Origin: Escherichia phage RB14
DNA: 64,000 nucleotides
Reading direction: 5' to 3' (one strand)
Sequence record: NC_012638.1
Shown here: piece by piece, positions 1 to 8,101 of the stretch
Layout of the letters: every line of letters begins with the position of its first letter
How positions within the stretch are numbered: position 1 is the stretch's first letter
Notes under the pieces: generated by a model
What the model was told of the DNA's origin: nothing
The model's input: only the letters and a program-made list of their open reading frames with translations
Databases searched by the model: none
Translations under genes and position numbers: made by a program

Positions 1-447
1 CAAACCCATGAAAGGGGTATACCCTGCTGTACCAAGGACAACAATCTGCTTGAAACTGGCATATGACATTCCGATAAGCTGTTCAAATTCTGCTTGGAAA
101 TCTTTACTGCTGGCAGATTCATTAAGACGTGTACCGTTAACGGTGATTTCGAAAACGTTTGGTTTTTGTCCTCTTTTGATATAGTACTTTTTCTCATCAT
201 ATTCCATCCACAGTTCAACTAAAAGTTCTTTCTTATTTGTGCTGTTTATTAATTGACCTTTCTTTACATCACGAAATGGCTTACCAAAAAGCCCAAATGT
301 GATGGCTTCTAGCATAGTAGACTTACCACCGCCATTTCGTCCAGTAATAAGAGTTTTTTGAACCTTATCTAATTGAATGTCAATAGGATTTCCACCTACT
401 GACATTATATTTTGATACCTAACTCGGTTTAGTTTAAAATTCTTCAC
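1..447 (-). CDS. 46: Recombination endonuclease ATPase subunit gp46 (SbcC/Rad50-like), 5' fragment; gene continues past window start
   Basis: Uninterrupted minus-strand frame to position 1; N-terminus (V)KNFKLNRV..MSVGGNPIDIQLDK; Walker A GRNGGGKST; start GTG at 447 or ATG at 405; adjacent to gene 47. Confidence 0.85.
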   Translation of the reverse strand, partial: MKNFKLNRVRYQNIMSVGGNPIDIQLDKVQKTLITGRNGGGKSTMLEAITFGLFGKPFRDVKKGQLINSTNKKELLVELWMEYDEKKYYIKRGQKPNVFEITVNGTRLNESASSKDFQAEFEQLIGMSYASFKQIVVLGTAGYTPFMGL

Positions 448-707
448 AAAAGATTCCTTTTAATGTATCTTTTAGACCATTCTATCATATCATCATAATC
501 TAAAAAGTATTCATCAAATTCAGCCATGCAAACAACGCCTTGTGCTGCTTTTGATGTGATATAAATTATTCCAACATATCTAGAATCTTCTTCGGTGTAA
601 TCAATATTTGCTATGAATTCATCATTAATGTCAAATGTCGAAAACTTCACAGTATGCATCCTTAATACAAGATACAGCCATATCTCGTAATGATTTAGGT
701 GTGTCAT
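444..707 (-). CDS. hypothetical early protein (46.x position)
   Basis: ORF track 87 aa; stop overlaps gene 46 GTG; internal ATG at 659 possible. Confidence 0.4.
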   Translation of the reverse strand: MTHLNHYEIWLYLVLRMHTVKFSTFDINDEFIANIDYTEEDSRYVGIIYITSKAAQGVVCMAEFDEYFLDYDDMIEWSKRYIKRNLL

Positions 708-894
708 TATCTAAAATGTTGAAGTTAAAAGATACAGCCCAGTCAGTGCAGACTGTAACCTTTTTAATACAATTATCTTCAACCTCTAACGGTTCAAACC
801 AATATTCAATAATTTCTTTATGCCCAATATCATCTTTTACTTCGCATTCAAAATGCTGACTCATCATAACATTTTTAAATTCATCAAAAGTCAT
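631..894 (-). CDS. hypothetical early protein
   Basis: ORF track 87 aa; start overlaps gp47 stop (ATGA coupling). Confidence 0.45.
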   Translation of the reverse strand: MTFDEFKNVMMSQHFECEVKDDIGHKEIIEYWFEPLEVEDNCIKKVTVCTDWAVSFNFNILDNDTPKSLRDMAVSCIKDAYCEVFDI

Positions 895-1910
895 TGTGTT
901 GCCTCTACATATAGCTGATTTGCATATTGAATAAGTGCTTCACGGTCAGAATCAGTGATGTCTGGAATTGCATTAATATACTCTTCCATTAATGTCTGAA
1001 GCGATTGGACTTCAACTTCTTCACTGTCATCTGACTCGACAGAGTTATCAATCTTTGACACAACTCGTAATGAATGCACAACTTTTTCTAGTTCAGATTC
1101 GAACTTCGTCAGATTTTTGTCTACCTCAGTTACTATAACACGTACTGATAGATTTGTAAAATCTTTATAGTCAATTTTTCCTTTAAATGGATAATGAATT
1201 CTACGATGCCAGGTAGTATTGTTTGGAATAAATTCCATTCGTTCTGTTTCTGTATCAAACATCCAGAACCCACGAGGGTCATTCTCGTCACCTGCAGTTA
1301 GTGTCCATGGTGTCCCAATATATCTGACGTTTGCAGCCTCAGAGATAGTATGGAAGTGACCAGACCACACTTCTTTATAAGTCTTAAGGAAATCAGGTTC
1401 AAGACCGTGAGATTTCATTCCTTTATAAAAATAAAATCCATTCAGTTCCCAGTGACCAACACAAAAAGAAGCAGATGAAGTTTTGATATGCTCAAGAATT
1501 TCACCAGTATTTTCTTCGCACATCCAAGGAATTAAATCAATCAAACATCCGTCAAAATCTACTGTAGTAGGCTTATCATATACTTTAACATTAGGATATT
1601 TAGCCAAAAGCTCAGTAGAAGCATTTGGATGCATTACATTTTTGTAGTGGAGATCGTGATTTCCTACAATAGTATGTAATGTGATTCCAGCACCATCAAG
1701 CATTTGAACTATTTCACGGGCAAACTCCATAGTTTTATGCGTGATCGCTTTTCGCACATCAAAAATATCACCGTATTGAATCCATACCGTAATTCCATTT
1801 TTCTTAGAATATTCTATCGCTTGCTTAATTCCATCAATTTGAATACCGCGAATCCACTCATCATCAGCTTTAACGCCTAAATGCCAATCACCTAAATTTA
1901 GAATTTTCAT
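891..1910 (-). CDS. 47: Recombination nuclease subunit gp47 (Mre11/SbcD-like)
   Basis: 339 aa as in T4; phosphoesterase motifs DWHLG, GNHD, GHWE; synteny with 46 and a-gt. Confidence 0.93.
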   Translation of the reverse strand: MKILNLGDWHLGVKADDEWIRGIQIDGIKQAIEYSKKNGITVWIQYGDIFDVRKAITHKTMEFAREIVQMLDGAGITLHTIVGNHDLHYKNVMHPNASTELLAKYPNVKVYDKPTTVDFDGCLIDLIPWMCEENTGEILEHIKTSSASFCVGHWELNGFYFYKGMKSHGLEPDFLKTYKEVWSGHFHTISEAANVRYIGTPWTLTAGDENDPRGFWMFDTETERMEFIPNNTTWHRRIHYPFKGKIDYKDFTNLSVRVIVTEVDKNLTKFESELEKVVHSLRVVSKIDNSVESDDSEEVEVQSLQTLMEEYINAIPDITDSDREALIQYANQLYVEATQ

Positions 1911-2047
1911 ATATCAAGAACCGTCATTGAAATGCAAAATAAAATTATTGAAATAAATCCATCTGGAGTGCTAAAGAACCCAATCCAACATGCTCTAGTG
2001 AATAGATAAAATGCAAGAAAAAGTATCACATATCCAAGAAATATCAT
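1907..2047 (-). CDS. small hydrophobic protein (46 aa)
   Basis: Manually read ORF MIFLGYVILFLAFYLF...; stop overlaps gp47 ATG. Confidence 0.35.
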   Translation of the reverse strand: MIFLGYVILFLAFYLFTRACWIGFFSTPDGFISIILFCISMTVLDI

Positions 2048-2073
2048 TATATCAAACTCCGTATAAAGCTAAA

Positions 2074-2085
2074 GGGCCGAAGCCC
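2074..2085 (-). terminator. Hairpin GGGC-UUCG-GCCC after a-gt
   Basis: Stable tetraloop stem with U-rich flanks on both strands. Confidence 0.5.
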
Positions 2086-2086
2086 T

Positions 2087-3289
2087 TTATTTTGTAATAA
2101 TATCAAACTGTTCTTTAAAGCAGAAGCTTGAATCTTGATGCTGATACAAAAATTCATATGCTTTTTCTCGCTCACGGTCATAAAGAGCTCGGTCAGATGA
2201 CAGTTCTTTAATACGTTCAAACGTTGATTCCATATCATTTTCATCAAACCAAATGATACCGCTATCATGCGAGGTCAAAGGAGTATTATCAACACGGAAT
2301 TTTAAATTTTCGCCAGTAGATTTCCAAAATACCGGAATTGTTCCACATGCACCAAGCTCGAGATGAGTATATTCTAAAGAGCGTTGTAGATATTTTTTAT
2401 CCAACTTACTCAACTGATAACCAAAACCGGATTTACTCATACGTTCAAGCATTTCGCTATTTACATAACGGTCAAGAATTTGCGTTGGCAAATTAGGAGC
2501 AATTTTAATTTGGTCTACTTGATGAAGACGATAATACTCGTATGGAATTCCTTTTTCTTTAATGGGAATGAACGCTGGAGAACGTTCCAGACCTTCCATA
2601 ATAGTACTTAGTCCTGCAGGTTTAAGATGTTTTTCATGAAAATCAAACATCTGATAAAAACCTTTCCACGTAGTCGTACGACCAATCCAACGGTTAATAT
2701 TCATGTTAATTTCAGAAACATCTTTCCAGTAGGTTGACCGAACCTTCGCAATATCCATAGGAGGCTGAAAGTTATATACGGTCGGTGCTTCTTCAATATC
2801 ATCAAACAGAGAAACTGTTTCAGGATACCATTCTTTCATCAGAACTTTATTAAAATCGCCATTATCAGAATGACTAAAAATAACATCAGCTCGACGAACA
2901 GTTTCTTCTAATCCCAAATTTCGACGCAAAGAAAGAGAAGAATGGTCATGTTGATAAACTACAACACGAACCGAAGGTTTAATGTTATCAATAATTTTTT
3001 TATAGTTATTAATAGTGTCTTCTTCAACTGAAGTAGCAGGAACTGAATTGATAATTAGAATATCACAATCATTTACCAGCTTAAGTGTTTTATCGTATTC
3101 TTTTGCCAATAAAACCGGAATTGAAAATGATTTATAATCATGTGCACAGTTACGAGTAAATGATTTATCTTTAGCATAAACCAAAGTTACTTCATGACCA
3201 TTTTTAATAAACCAATCACGTTGCTCGAGTGAGAATTTTGTCACACCACAACCTTCAAGACCTCGAGCCATAAAAATACATACTTTCAT
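2087..3289 (-). CDS. a-gt: DNA alpha-glucosyltransferase
   Basis: 400 aa; long stretches match T4 AGT as remembered (FMARGLEGCGVTKFSLEQRDWFIKNGHEVTLVYAKDKSF...). Confidence 0.92.
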   Translation of the reverse strand: MKVCIFMARGLEGCGVTKFSLEQRDWFIKNGHEVTLVYAKDKSFTRNCAHDYKSFSIPVLLAKEYDKTLKLVNDCDILIINSVPATSVEEDTINNYKKIIDNIKPSVRVVVYQHDHSSLSLRRNLGLEETVRRADVIFSHSDNGDFNKVLMKEWYPETVSLFDDIEEAPTVYNFQPPMDIAKVRSTYWKDVSEINMNINRWIGRTTTWKGFYQMFDFHEKHLKPAGLSTIMEGLERSPAFIPIKEKGIPYEYYRLHQVDQIKIAPNLPTQILDRYVNSEMLERMSKSGFGYQLSKLDKKYLQRSLEYTHLELGACGTIPVFWKSTGENLKFRVDNTPLTSHDSGIIWFDENDMESTFERIKELSSDRALYDREREKAYEFLYQHQDSSFCFKEQFDIITK

Positions 3290-3342
3290 TTAATATCCTC
3301 TTTGTTTTGGTTTATTTTACCAAAAATTTATAAAGCAATATA

Positions 3343-3356
3343 GGAGCCGAAGCTCC
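3343..3356 (-). terminator. Hairpin GGAGC-UUCG-GCUCC
   Basis: Tetraloop stem followed by UAUAUUGCUUUAU on minus strand. Confidence 0.45.
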
Positions 3357-3529
3357 TATCCGCATAATACGCCATACAGAGGCTCATTAGAACTTTTAAA
3401 TTTTATGCGCTTATATGTTATAATTCCTTCTGCTTTAGCTTTATCATGAGACTCTTTAAAGCGTCTCATCATTTCCTCTTTAGAGGAACAAATTTTATTA
3501 TAATCTATTTCAGAAGTCTGGGTGTTCAT
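3356..3529 (-). CDS. small hypothetical protein (57 aa)
   Basis: Manually read ORF MNTQTSEIDYNKI...; followed by UUCG hairpin. Confidence 0.3.
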   Translation of the reverse strand: MNTQTSEIDYNKICSSKEEMMRRFKESHDKAKAEGIITYKRIKFKSSNEPLYGVLCG

Positions 3530-3532
3530 CTT

Positions 3533-3739
3533 TCACAGTTGCCACCATTTTTTGACTTGATAAGAATCAACCCACACTTTCATATTAGGGTCTGCTCTTA
3601 CAATAGGAGGATTAACTTCTTTAATTGAACTATCATGGTATTCTTTTTCAGAAATTTTCACACAAAGATGACCATTCAAAGATTCAGTAAATCCTGCATT
3701 AATTTTAAGACGCTTGAATTTTACGTGTGTAAGCATCAA
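3533..3739 (-). CDS. hypothetical protein
   Basis: ORF track 68 aa. Confidence 0.4.
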   Translation of the reverse strand: MMLTHVKFKRLKINAGFTESLNGHLCVKISEKEYHDSSIKEVNPPIVRADPNMKVWVDSYQVKKWWQL

Positions 3740-4022
3740 TCATATCCTCAATCTGCGATCTAGTAGTCTTCCAAAGAATACTGATGAGTTCATCGTTATA
3801 TGGCTGTTTTAGAATATCCCGACTTTTCTTGATAGCATATTCGTATTGAGCAAAATTATTGTTTTCAGCTGCGATCTGAGCGTGCTTATAAAGACGATTC
3901 AGTTCGCGTTTGTTTTTAGACAATAACTTATTTGCTTTTCTTTCTGCTTCAAGACGGTTCTTTTCTTCAATAGAAGAAATAAGCTTTTCCACTTCATCAT
4001 TAATTTCGGGTTTATCAGTCAT
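3705..4022 (-). CDS. hypothetical protein, helical/charged
   Basis: ORF track 105 aa. Confidence 0.5.
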   Translation of the reverse strand: MTDKPEINDEVEKLISSIEEKNRLEAERKANKLLSKNKRELNRLYKHAQIAAENNNFAQYEYAIKKSRDILKQPYNDELISILWKTTRSQIEDMIDAYTRKIQAS

Positions 4023-4023
4023 A

Positions 4024-4242
4024 TTATTTCTCTAATATAAAATAAAAATCATCATCTGTTAAATGATACCGATAGTTTAATTCTACACCATTAGATTTAA
4101 AAGCGGTATCATACGGATTTTCTGGATCAATATCAATGTCAAGAGCTAAAACTTCCCTGAGATACATTTTAAGTAAATAGGGAATAGCTTCAACTTCAGG
4201 TATTTCTTCCAAGAATCCGGAGAGGTTAATCGTTAGCCTCAT
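4024..4242 (-). CDS. hypothetical protein
   Basis: ORF track 72 aa; abuts gene 55. Confidence 0.5.
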
Positions 4243-4783
4243 ATAAAAAATCCAAACTAGGAGAATCGTCTACAACACTTTTCTTTTCAGCCCCCGGTGT
4301 TCTATAGGTTGATTCTTCGTAATGCGTCATTTTATCATAGATGTCTTGAATAAAAGTTTCATCTACTAACGCAACCATATCGTCGTCACGGCTGTCATAG
4401 ACATTGTGAACGAAGTAACTATATTTCTTTGCAACTTCCTTACGTTCTTTTTTAATACGTTGGACAAATGCATTAAAACAAGCTTGAGTTATATATGCAT
4501 GCGGGTTTTTATATTTCGTTTCATCAAAATTGTGAAGTCCCTTAATAGAAGCTTCTATACCATCTGCAATCATTTCTTGTTTCCAAGACTGGGTGTATCC
4601 TGAAAAGTTAAAACGTTTAGATAAGCCTTCTGCAATAAGCATAATGGCTAATCCGATAGTATCATTCTGACGAACTACTTTATTTGGGTCTTTATTATTT
4701 GCTAATTCTGTTTTCCAATCAATAATAGCTTGTAAAAGCTCTTTATTGTTTACGTAATTATATTTAGGCTTAGTTTCTGACAT
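4226..4783 (-). CDS. 55: Late-transcription sigma factor gp55
   Basis: 185 aa from [23 protein letters not shown]; ORF-track start at 4789 is two codons upstream. Confidence 0.92.
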
Positions 4784-4861
4784 TTTCACCTCTTAGCTCA
4801 ATTCATAGATCTATTATATCATAATATTTGAAGATCTATCTTAAAGCACAGAGGATATCAG

Positions 4862-5131
4862 TTATCTAAGTAAGCAGTATGCTTGGAACACTTTCTCCAT
4901 CATCTTTTTAAATTCATGAATATCTATATAATGACTAGTTAAATCAGCATGATATAAAAAGTCTAAAAACTTTTCATGTGTGCTAACATATTCACTTTCA
5001 TTTAATTCAGAAACATGACTTTCCCAATATCCAACACCAGTCTTATTTGGGAAAAATGAAATTTTCATGTATTGGTCAACATAGAAAATGCCATAATTTT
5101 CAATAGTAATAGAAATATTAATAAATTTCAT
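4862..5131 (-). CDS. hypothetical protein (55.x region)
   Basis: ORF track 89 aa. Confidence 0.5.
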   Translation of the reverse strand: MKFINISITIENYGIFYVDQYMKISFFPNKTGVGYWESHVSELNESEYVSTHEKFLDFLYHADLTSHYIDIHEFKKMMEKVFQAYCLLR

Positions 5132-5343
5132 ACATTCATCAACTTAGCCGCTTCAAGAGCTGCATCTAGTGAATCAAATTGGTCAACATATTCAATCAAT
5201 TCGCCGTAATTGGCATATAACCACCATTGGCTAAATTCATACTCAAGGATGAATCCGTTTCCTTCAATTTGAGTTAAACCAATGCCATTTGTATTTACTT
5301 CATATCCAGCAAGACGCAAATCGTTAATAAGAGCTTCGTTCAT
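5128..5343 (-). CDS. hypothetical protein (55.x region)
   Basis: ORF track 71 aa; ATGA overlap with neighbour. Confidence 0.5.
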   Translation of the reverse strand: MNEALINDLRLAGYEVNTNGIGLTQIEGNGFILEYEFSQWWLYANYGELIEYVDQFDSLDAALEAAKLMNV

Positions 5344-5345
5344 AA

Positions 5346-5672
5346 TTATACCTTAGTAATTTTCAGGTCTGCAAATTTTTTCTTGCGTTGATTTTTCATA
5401 CGACGAATAGTCTTATCGGAAATTTCATGCTTTTGATAAGCTTTAGATTCTACACCAAAAGCTTTAACATCAAATTCTGACAAGATATATTGAACCAACA
5501 ATTCACGGACAGTATTGCGTCCAATCTTCTGATCATTCTGTTTCATCGTCTGATGAAGCTCTTTTTCCCATTTATCCAAAATTTGAGGAGTTACAATATC
5601 GCCTTTTTCTAGCAAAGAAACTACTTTATCATATGCGTAAGAATTGATGGCGTTTTTAATTTGAATAGTCAT
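5346..5672 (-). CDS. hypothetical protein (55.x region)
   Basis: ORF track 108 aa. Confidence 0.5.
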   Translation of the reverse strand: MTIQIKNAINSYAYDKVVSLLEKGDIVTPQILDKWEKELHQTMKQNDQKIGRNTVRELLVQYILSEFDVKAFGVESKAYQKHEISDKTIRRMKNQRKKKFADLKITKV

Positions 5673-5711
5673 ACATTATCCTCAATTGCATTAAAATTTT
5701 ATTATCCAAAA

Positions 5712-5723
5712 GGGCCGAAGCCC
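5712..5723 (-). terminator. Hairpin GGGC-UUCG-GCCC
   Basis: Same stem-loop sequence as at 2074; followed by UUUUGGAUAAUAAAAUUUU. Confidence 0.55.
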
Positions 5724-5924
5724 TTAGCTAAACTTTTTGGCACCCTTCCAGCCTTCGTACATCATTGCGACTGACAATGACAAAGCTCCTTCACATGCTG
5801 CATACTTATTATTCCAGAACCAATTTAGAAAAACTTCATCCTCAATACCATTGTGTTTCATGTTCTGGAAAAATTTGGCGCGTTCTTCAGCAATTCGCTG
5901 CGATAATTTAGATTCAGGATTCAT
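5724..5924 (-). CDS. hypothetical protein (55.x region)
   Basis: ORF track 66 aa; followed by GGGCC-UUCG-GGCCC hairpin. Confidence 0.5.
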   Translation of the reverse strand: MNPESKLSQRIAEERAKFFQNMKHNGIEDEVFLNWFWNNKYAACEGALSLSVAMMYEGWKGAKKFS

Positions 5925-6056
5925 TTAAATTTTCCAGTTACCGTTTTCATCAATAAATTTAATCCAGTCATTTACTGACCACTTAGTTGTATCGCCTTTT
6001 GGAGTAACATTTAAAGTATATAGCCCTTGCTTAAAAAGCATTCGTTTGATATTCAT
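5925..6056 (-). CDS. small hypothetical protein (43 aa)
   Basis: Manually read ORF MNIKRMLFKQGLYTLNVTPKGD... Confidence 0.3.
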   Translation of the reverse strand: MNIKRMLFKQGLYTLNVTPKGDTTKWSVNDWIKFIDENGNWKI

Positions 6057-6063
6057 ATTTTCC

Positions 6064-6402
6064 TCAGCTGTAACGATAGCACTCGTTTGATTTACGCTTA
6101 GCAACTAGTTGAGAAGTATTATAATCAAAATCATCGTCAATGTAAACAGATTTTTTCAACTTTCTTACTTCACCACGCAGTTGACGATTCAATTCATTCT
6201 TAACCTCTGAATCAACACCTCGCATACGTCGCCATTTATCTGAACGAAAAATGTTTTCAACCATATCTTTATGACTTACCCCATCAGGAGCTTTACGCTT
6301 TCCGAAATAGTCATAATCGCGCACTTTTAAATCTTTACGACGATACGTTTTACCCATGGAGTTTAATTTCCTTAGCAACTGAACTAAATACAGCACGGTC
6401 AC
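6064..6402 (-). CDS. hypothetical basic protein
   Basis: ORF track 112 aa; alternative start at 6357. Confidence 0.5.
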   Translation of the reverse strand: MTVLYLVQLLRKLNSMGKTYRRKDLKVRDYDYFGKRKAPDGVSHKDMVENIFRSDKWRRMRGVDSEVKNELNRQLRGEVRKLKKSVYIDDDFDYNTSQLVAKRKSNECYRYS

Positions 6403-6532
6403 AAATCATCTGTTTATGTAACTTGAGTATAAGATAATAAACTTCAAAACCGTTTACATAAGTAACACGAACAACATTACCATTAATAAAATAATACTGT
6501 CCCTTTTTAATTTCTTTATCAACCACAACCAT
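6350..6532 (-). CDS. hypothetical protein
   Basis: ORF track 60 aa; early promoter and GAGG SD immediately upstream. Confidence 0.45.
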   Translation of the reverse strand: MVVVDKEIKKGQYYFINGNVVRVTYVNGFEVYYLILKLHKQMICDRAVFSSVAKEIKLHG

Positions 6533-6562
6533 ATCAATTCCTCAAAGGCAATTCATATGTTA

Positions 6563-6593
6563 ATAATACCACAGTTTGAACTTCTTGTAAACA
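6563..6593 (-). promoter_or_regulatory. Early (sigma70-type) promoter
   Basis: Minus strand GTTTACA-N17-TATTAT upstream of ORF 6350..6532. Confidence 0.55.
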
Positions 6594-6663
6594 ACTTTGT
6601 GAAAATTATTTTAGGGAATGATAAGAAGGGAACGATAGCTTAGAATGGTAATATACAGAATGT

Positions 6664-6687
6664 GAAAAAGAAAGGCCCAGAGGGCCC
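6664..6687 (-). terminator. Rho-independent terminator after nrdH
   Basis: GGGCC-CUCU-GGGCC stem then UUUCUUUUUC. Confidence 0.6.
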
Positions 6688-6690
6688 GTC

Positions 6691-7014
6691 TTAGTCTTCT
6701 ATGATATCTCTATCATATCCAAGTGAAATGAGAGTTTCTTTGAAGTGTTTAATGTTCTTTTGTCTAGAATCATTAATGAAAATGACTGGATAACGAATGT
6801 TAAGAGATGTGAATCCAGCGCGTTTAGCAAGAGATACAATCAGCGGACGATCATACTCAATCTTACCGTTATTTGTAAGAACTTTATAGAAAGTAAAAGG
6901 AGCATTGAGCTCCTTTAGAAGTTTTGTAACTGATTGACATCCAGGACAACGACCTACTTCTTCGGGGATGCCATAGATTTCAATCTTATTCTTTAAGTTC
7001 GAGTTTTGTTCCAC
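6691..7014 (-). CDS. nrdH: Glutaredoxin-like NrdH
   Basis: CPGC redox motif; about 107 aa from GTG at 7014 with AAGGAA SD; ORF-track version 6691..7143 is probably over-extended. Confidence 0.7.
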   Translation of the reverse strand: MEQNSNLKNKIEIYGIPEEVGRCPGCQSVTKLLKELNAPFTFYKVLTNNGKIEYDRPLIVSLAKRAGFTSLNIRYPVIFINDSRQKNIKHFKETLISLGYDRDIIED

Positions 7015-7297
7015 GAGAAATAATTCCTTGATAAGCCCAGTATGGCGGGTTAACAGAATCCTCACCAGAGTTTTCTTCAGGAAAATAAACCTGGATAACG
7101 AAGCCGGATTCATCAAAGGTGAAATAAGTAGTAGGCAGTTCACCTAACAAATCGGCACGAGCGTTGATTTCTTCGAGGTCTTGTTCACGTCCAGCCCAGA
7201 AGCTTGGGTTCAGACTACATTCATAGAAATAATAGTCATTACCGAACATATCAAAACCATTCCAACTCTCTACTACATACCGCTCAAAACTAATCAT
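6986..7297 (-). CDS. hypothetical protein
   Basis: ORF track 103 aa. Confidence 0.5.
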   Translation of the reverse strand: MISFERYVVESWNGFDMFGNDYYFYECSLNPSFWAGREQDLEEINARADLLGELPTTYFTFDESGFVIQVYFPEENSGEDSVNPPYWAYQGIISRGTKLELKE

Positions 7298-7299
7298 AA

Positions 7300-7515
7300 T
7301 TAAGCCTTTTTATCAAGAACAGCATTCAGCTTGTTAGTAATTTTATCCAGACGCTCATTAAACTCACTAGAAGATAAGCCCTTTTCTGGAGAAATTAAAC
7401 TAATCACGAAAAATATAGCAATAAAAGGAATAAGGAAAATAGCTCCAACTGCCATAAACAGAAAGAATGTTACAGTTGTAAGAAAATCAGCTAAACCTTT
7501 ACGAAATTTATACAT
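7300..7515 (-). CDS. small membrane protein
   Basis: 71 aa; long hydrophobic segment TVTFFLFMAVGAIFLIPFIAIFFVISLI. Confidence 0.5.
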   Translation of the reverse strand: MYKFRKGLADFLTTVTFFLFMAVGAIFLIPFIAIFFVISLISPEKGLSSSEFNERLDKITNKLNAVLDKKA

Positions 7516-7630
7516 ATTTTACCCTTAATTAATTAACCAAGCATTGATAAGCACTAAACTATATTGGGAATAAAATTCTGGACCAAAATGAAAAATCATA
7601 TCATTTATAGTATCCATAATGTAATTCAGT

Positions 7631-8101
7631 TTAATCATGTTTCCACACCCCATCGGTATTTGACCAAAGTCGCTGATTATCTGATCCTCGCCACAGCTTT
7701 TTGGTCGGAAGATTTTTCTCATACTTCCCATCAATAATAACATCAACATATTTAAGCATTTCTAGTTGTTTAATATCTTCAAACTTATATCCTGTCCACA
7801 ACCAAATGCTTTTATTGGGATAAAGATTTTTAATAGTTTGAACCACAGAGTGAATCACGTCTCTGTTATCAGGATAAAGAGGGTCTCCTCCAGTTATAGT
7901 TAATCCTTCTATATAATCATTATTCAAACATTCAATTAATTGTTCTAATGTTTCACCAGTGAATGGAATACCATTTCTAGCATTCCATGTTGATTTATTA
8001 TAACACCCTTCGCATTTATGCAAACATCCAGTAACAAAAAGAACGGTCCTGCACCCAGGACCATTAACAAAATCGCAAGGATAAAATCTATCATAATTCA
8101 T
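7631..8101 (-). CDS. nrdG: Anaerobic ribonucleotide reductase activating protein
   Basis: 156 aa; Cys cluster CLHKCEGC; directly downstream of nrdD. Confidence 0.9.
   Translation of the reverse strand: MNYDRFYPCDFVNGPGCRTVLFVTGCLHKCEGCYNKSTWNARNGIPFTGETLEQLIECLNNDYIEGLTITGGDPLYPDNRDVIHSVVQTIKNLYPNKSIWLWTGYKFEDIKQLEMLKYVDVIIDGKYEKNLPTKKLWRGSDNQRLWSNTDGVWKHD

Noticed and set aside
635-859. Plus-strand ORF of 74 aa
   Set aside because: Lies antisense inside minus-strand early ORFs in a region where all genes run on the minus strand; Ser/Leu-rich low-complexity translation
2047-2268. Minus-strand 73-aa ORF
   Set aside because: Mostly inside a-gt in another frame; a shorter 46-aa ORF (1907..2047) fits the intergenic gap and coupling to gene 47 better
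7525-7749. 74-aa ORF overlapping the nrdG 3' end
   Set aside because: Overlaps nrdG by about 120 nt out of frame; no independent start signal
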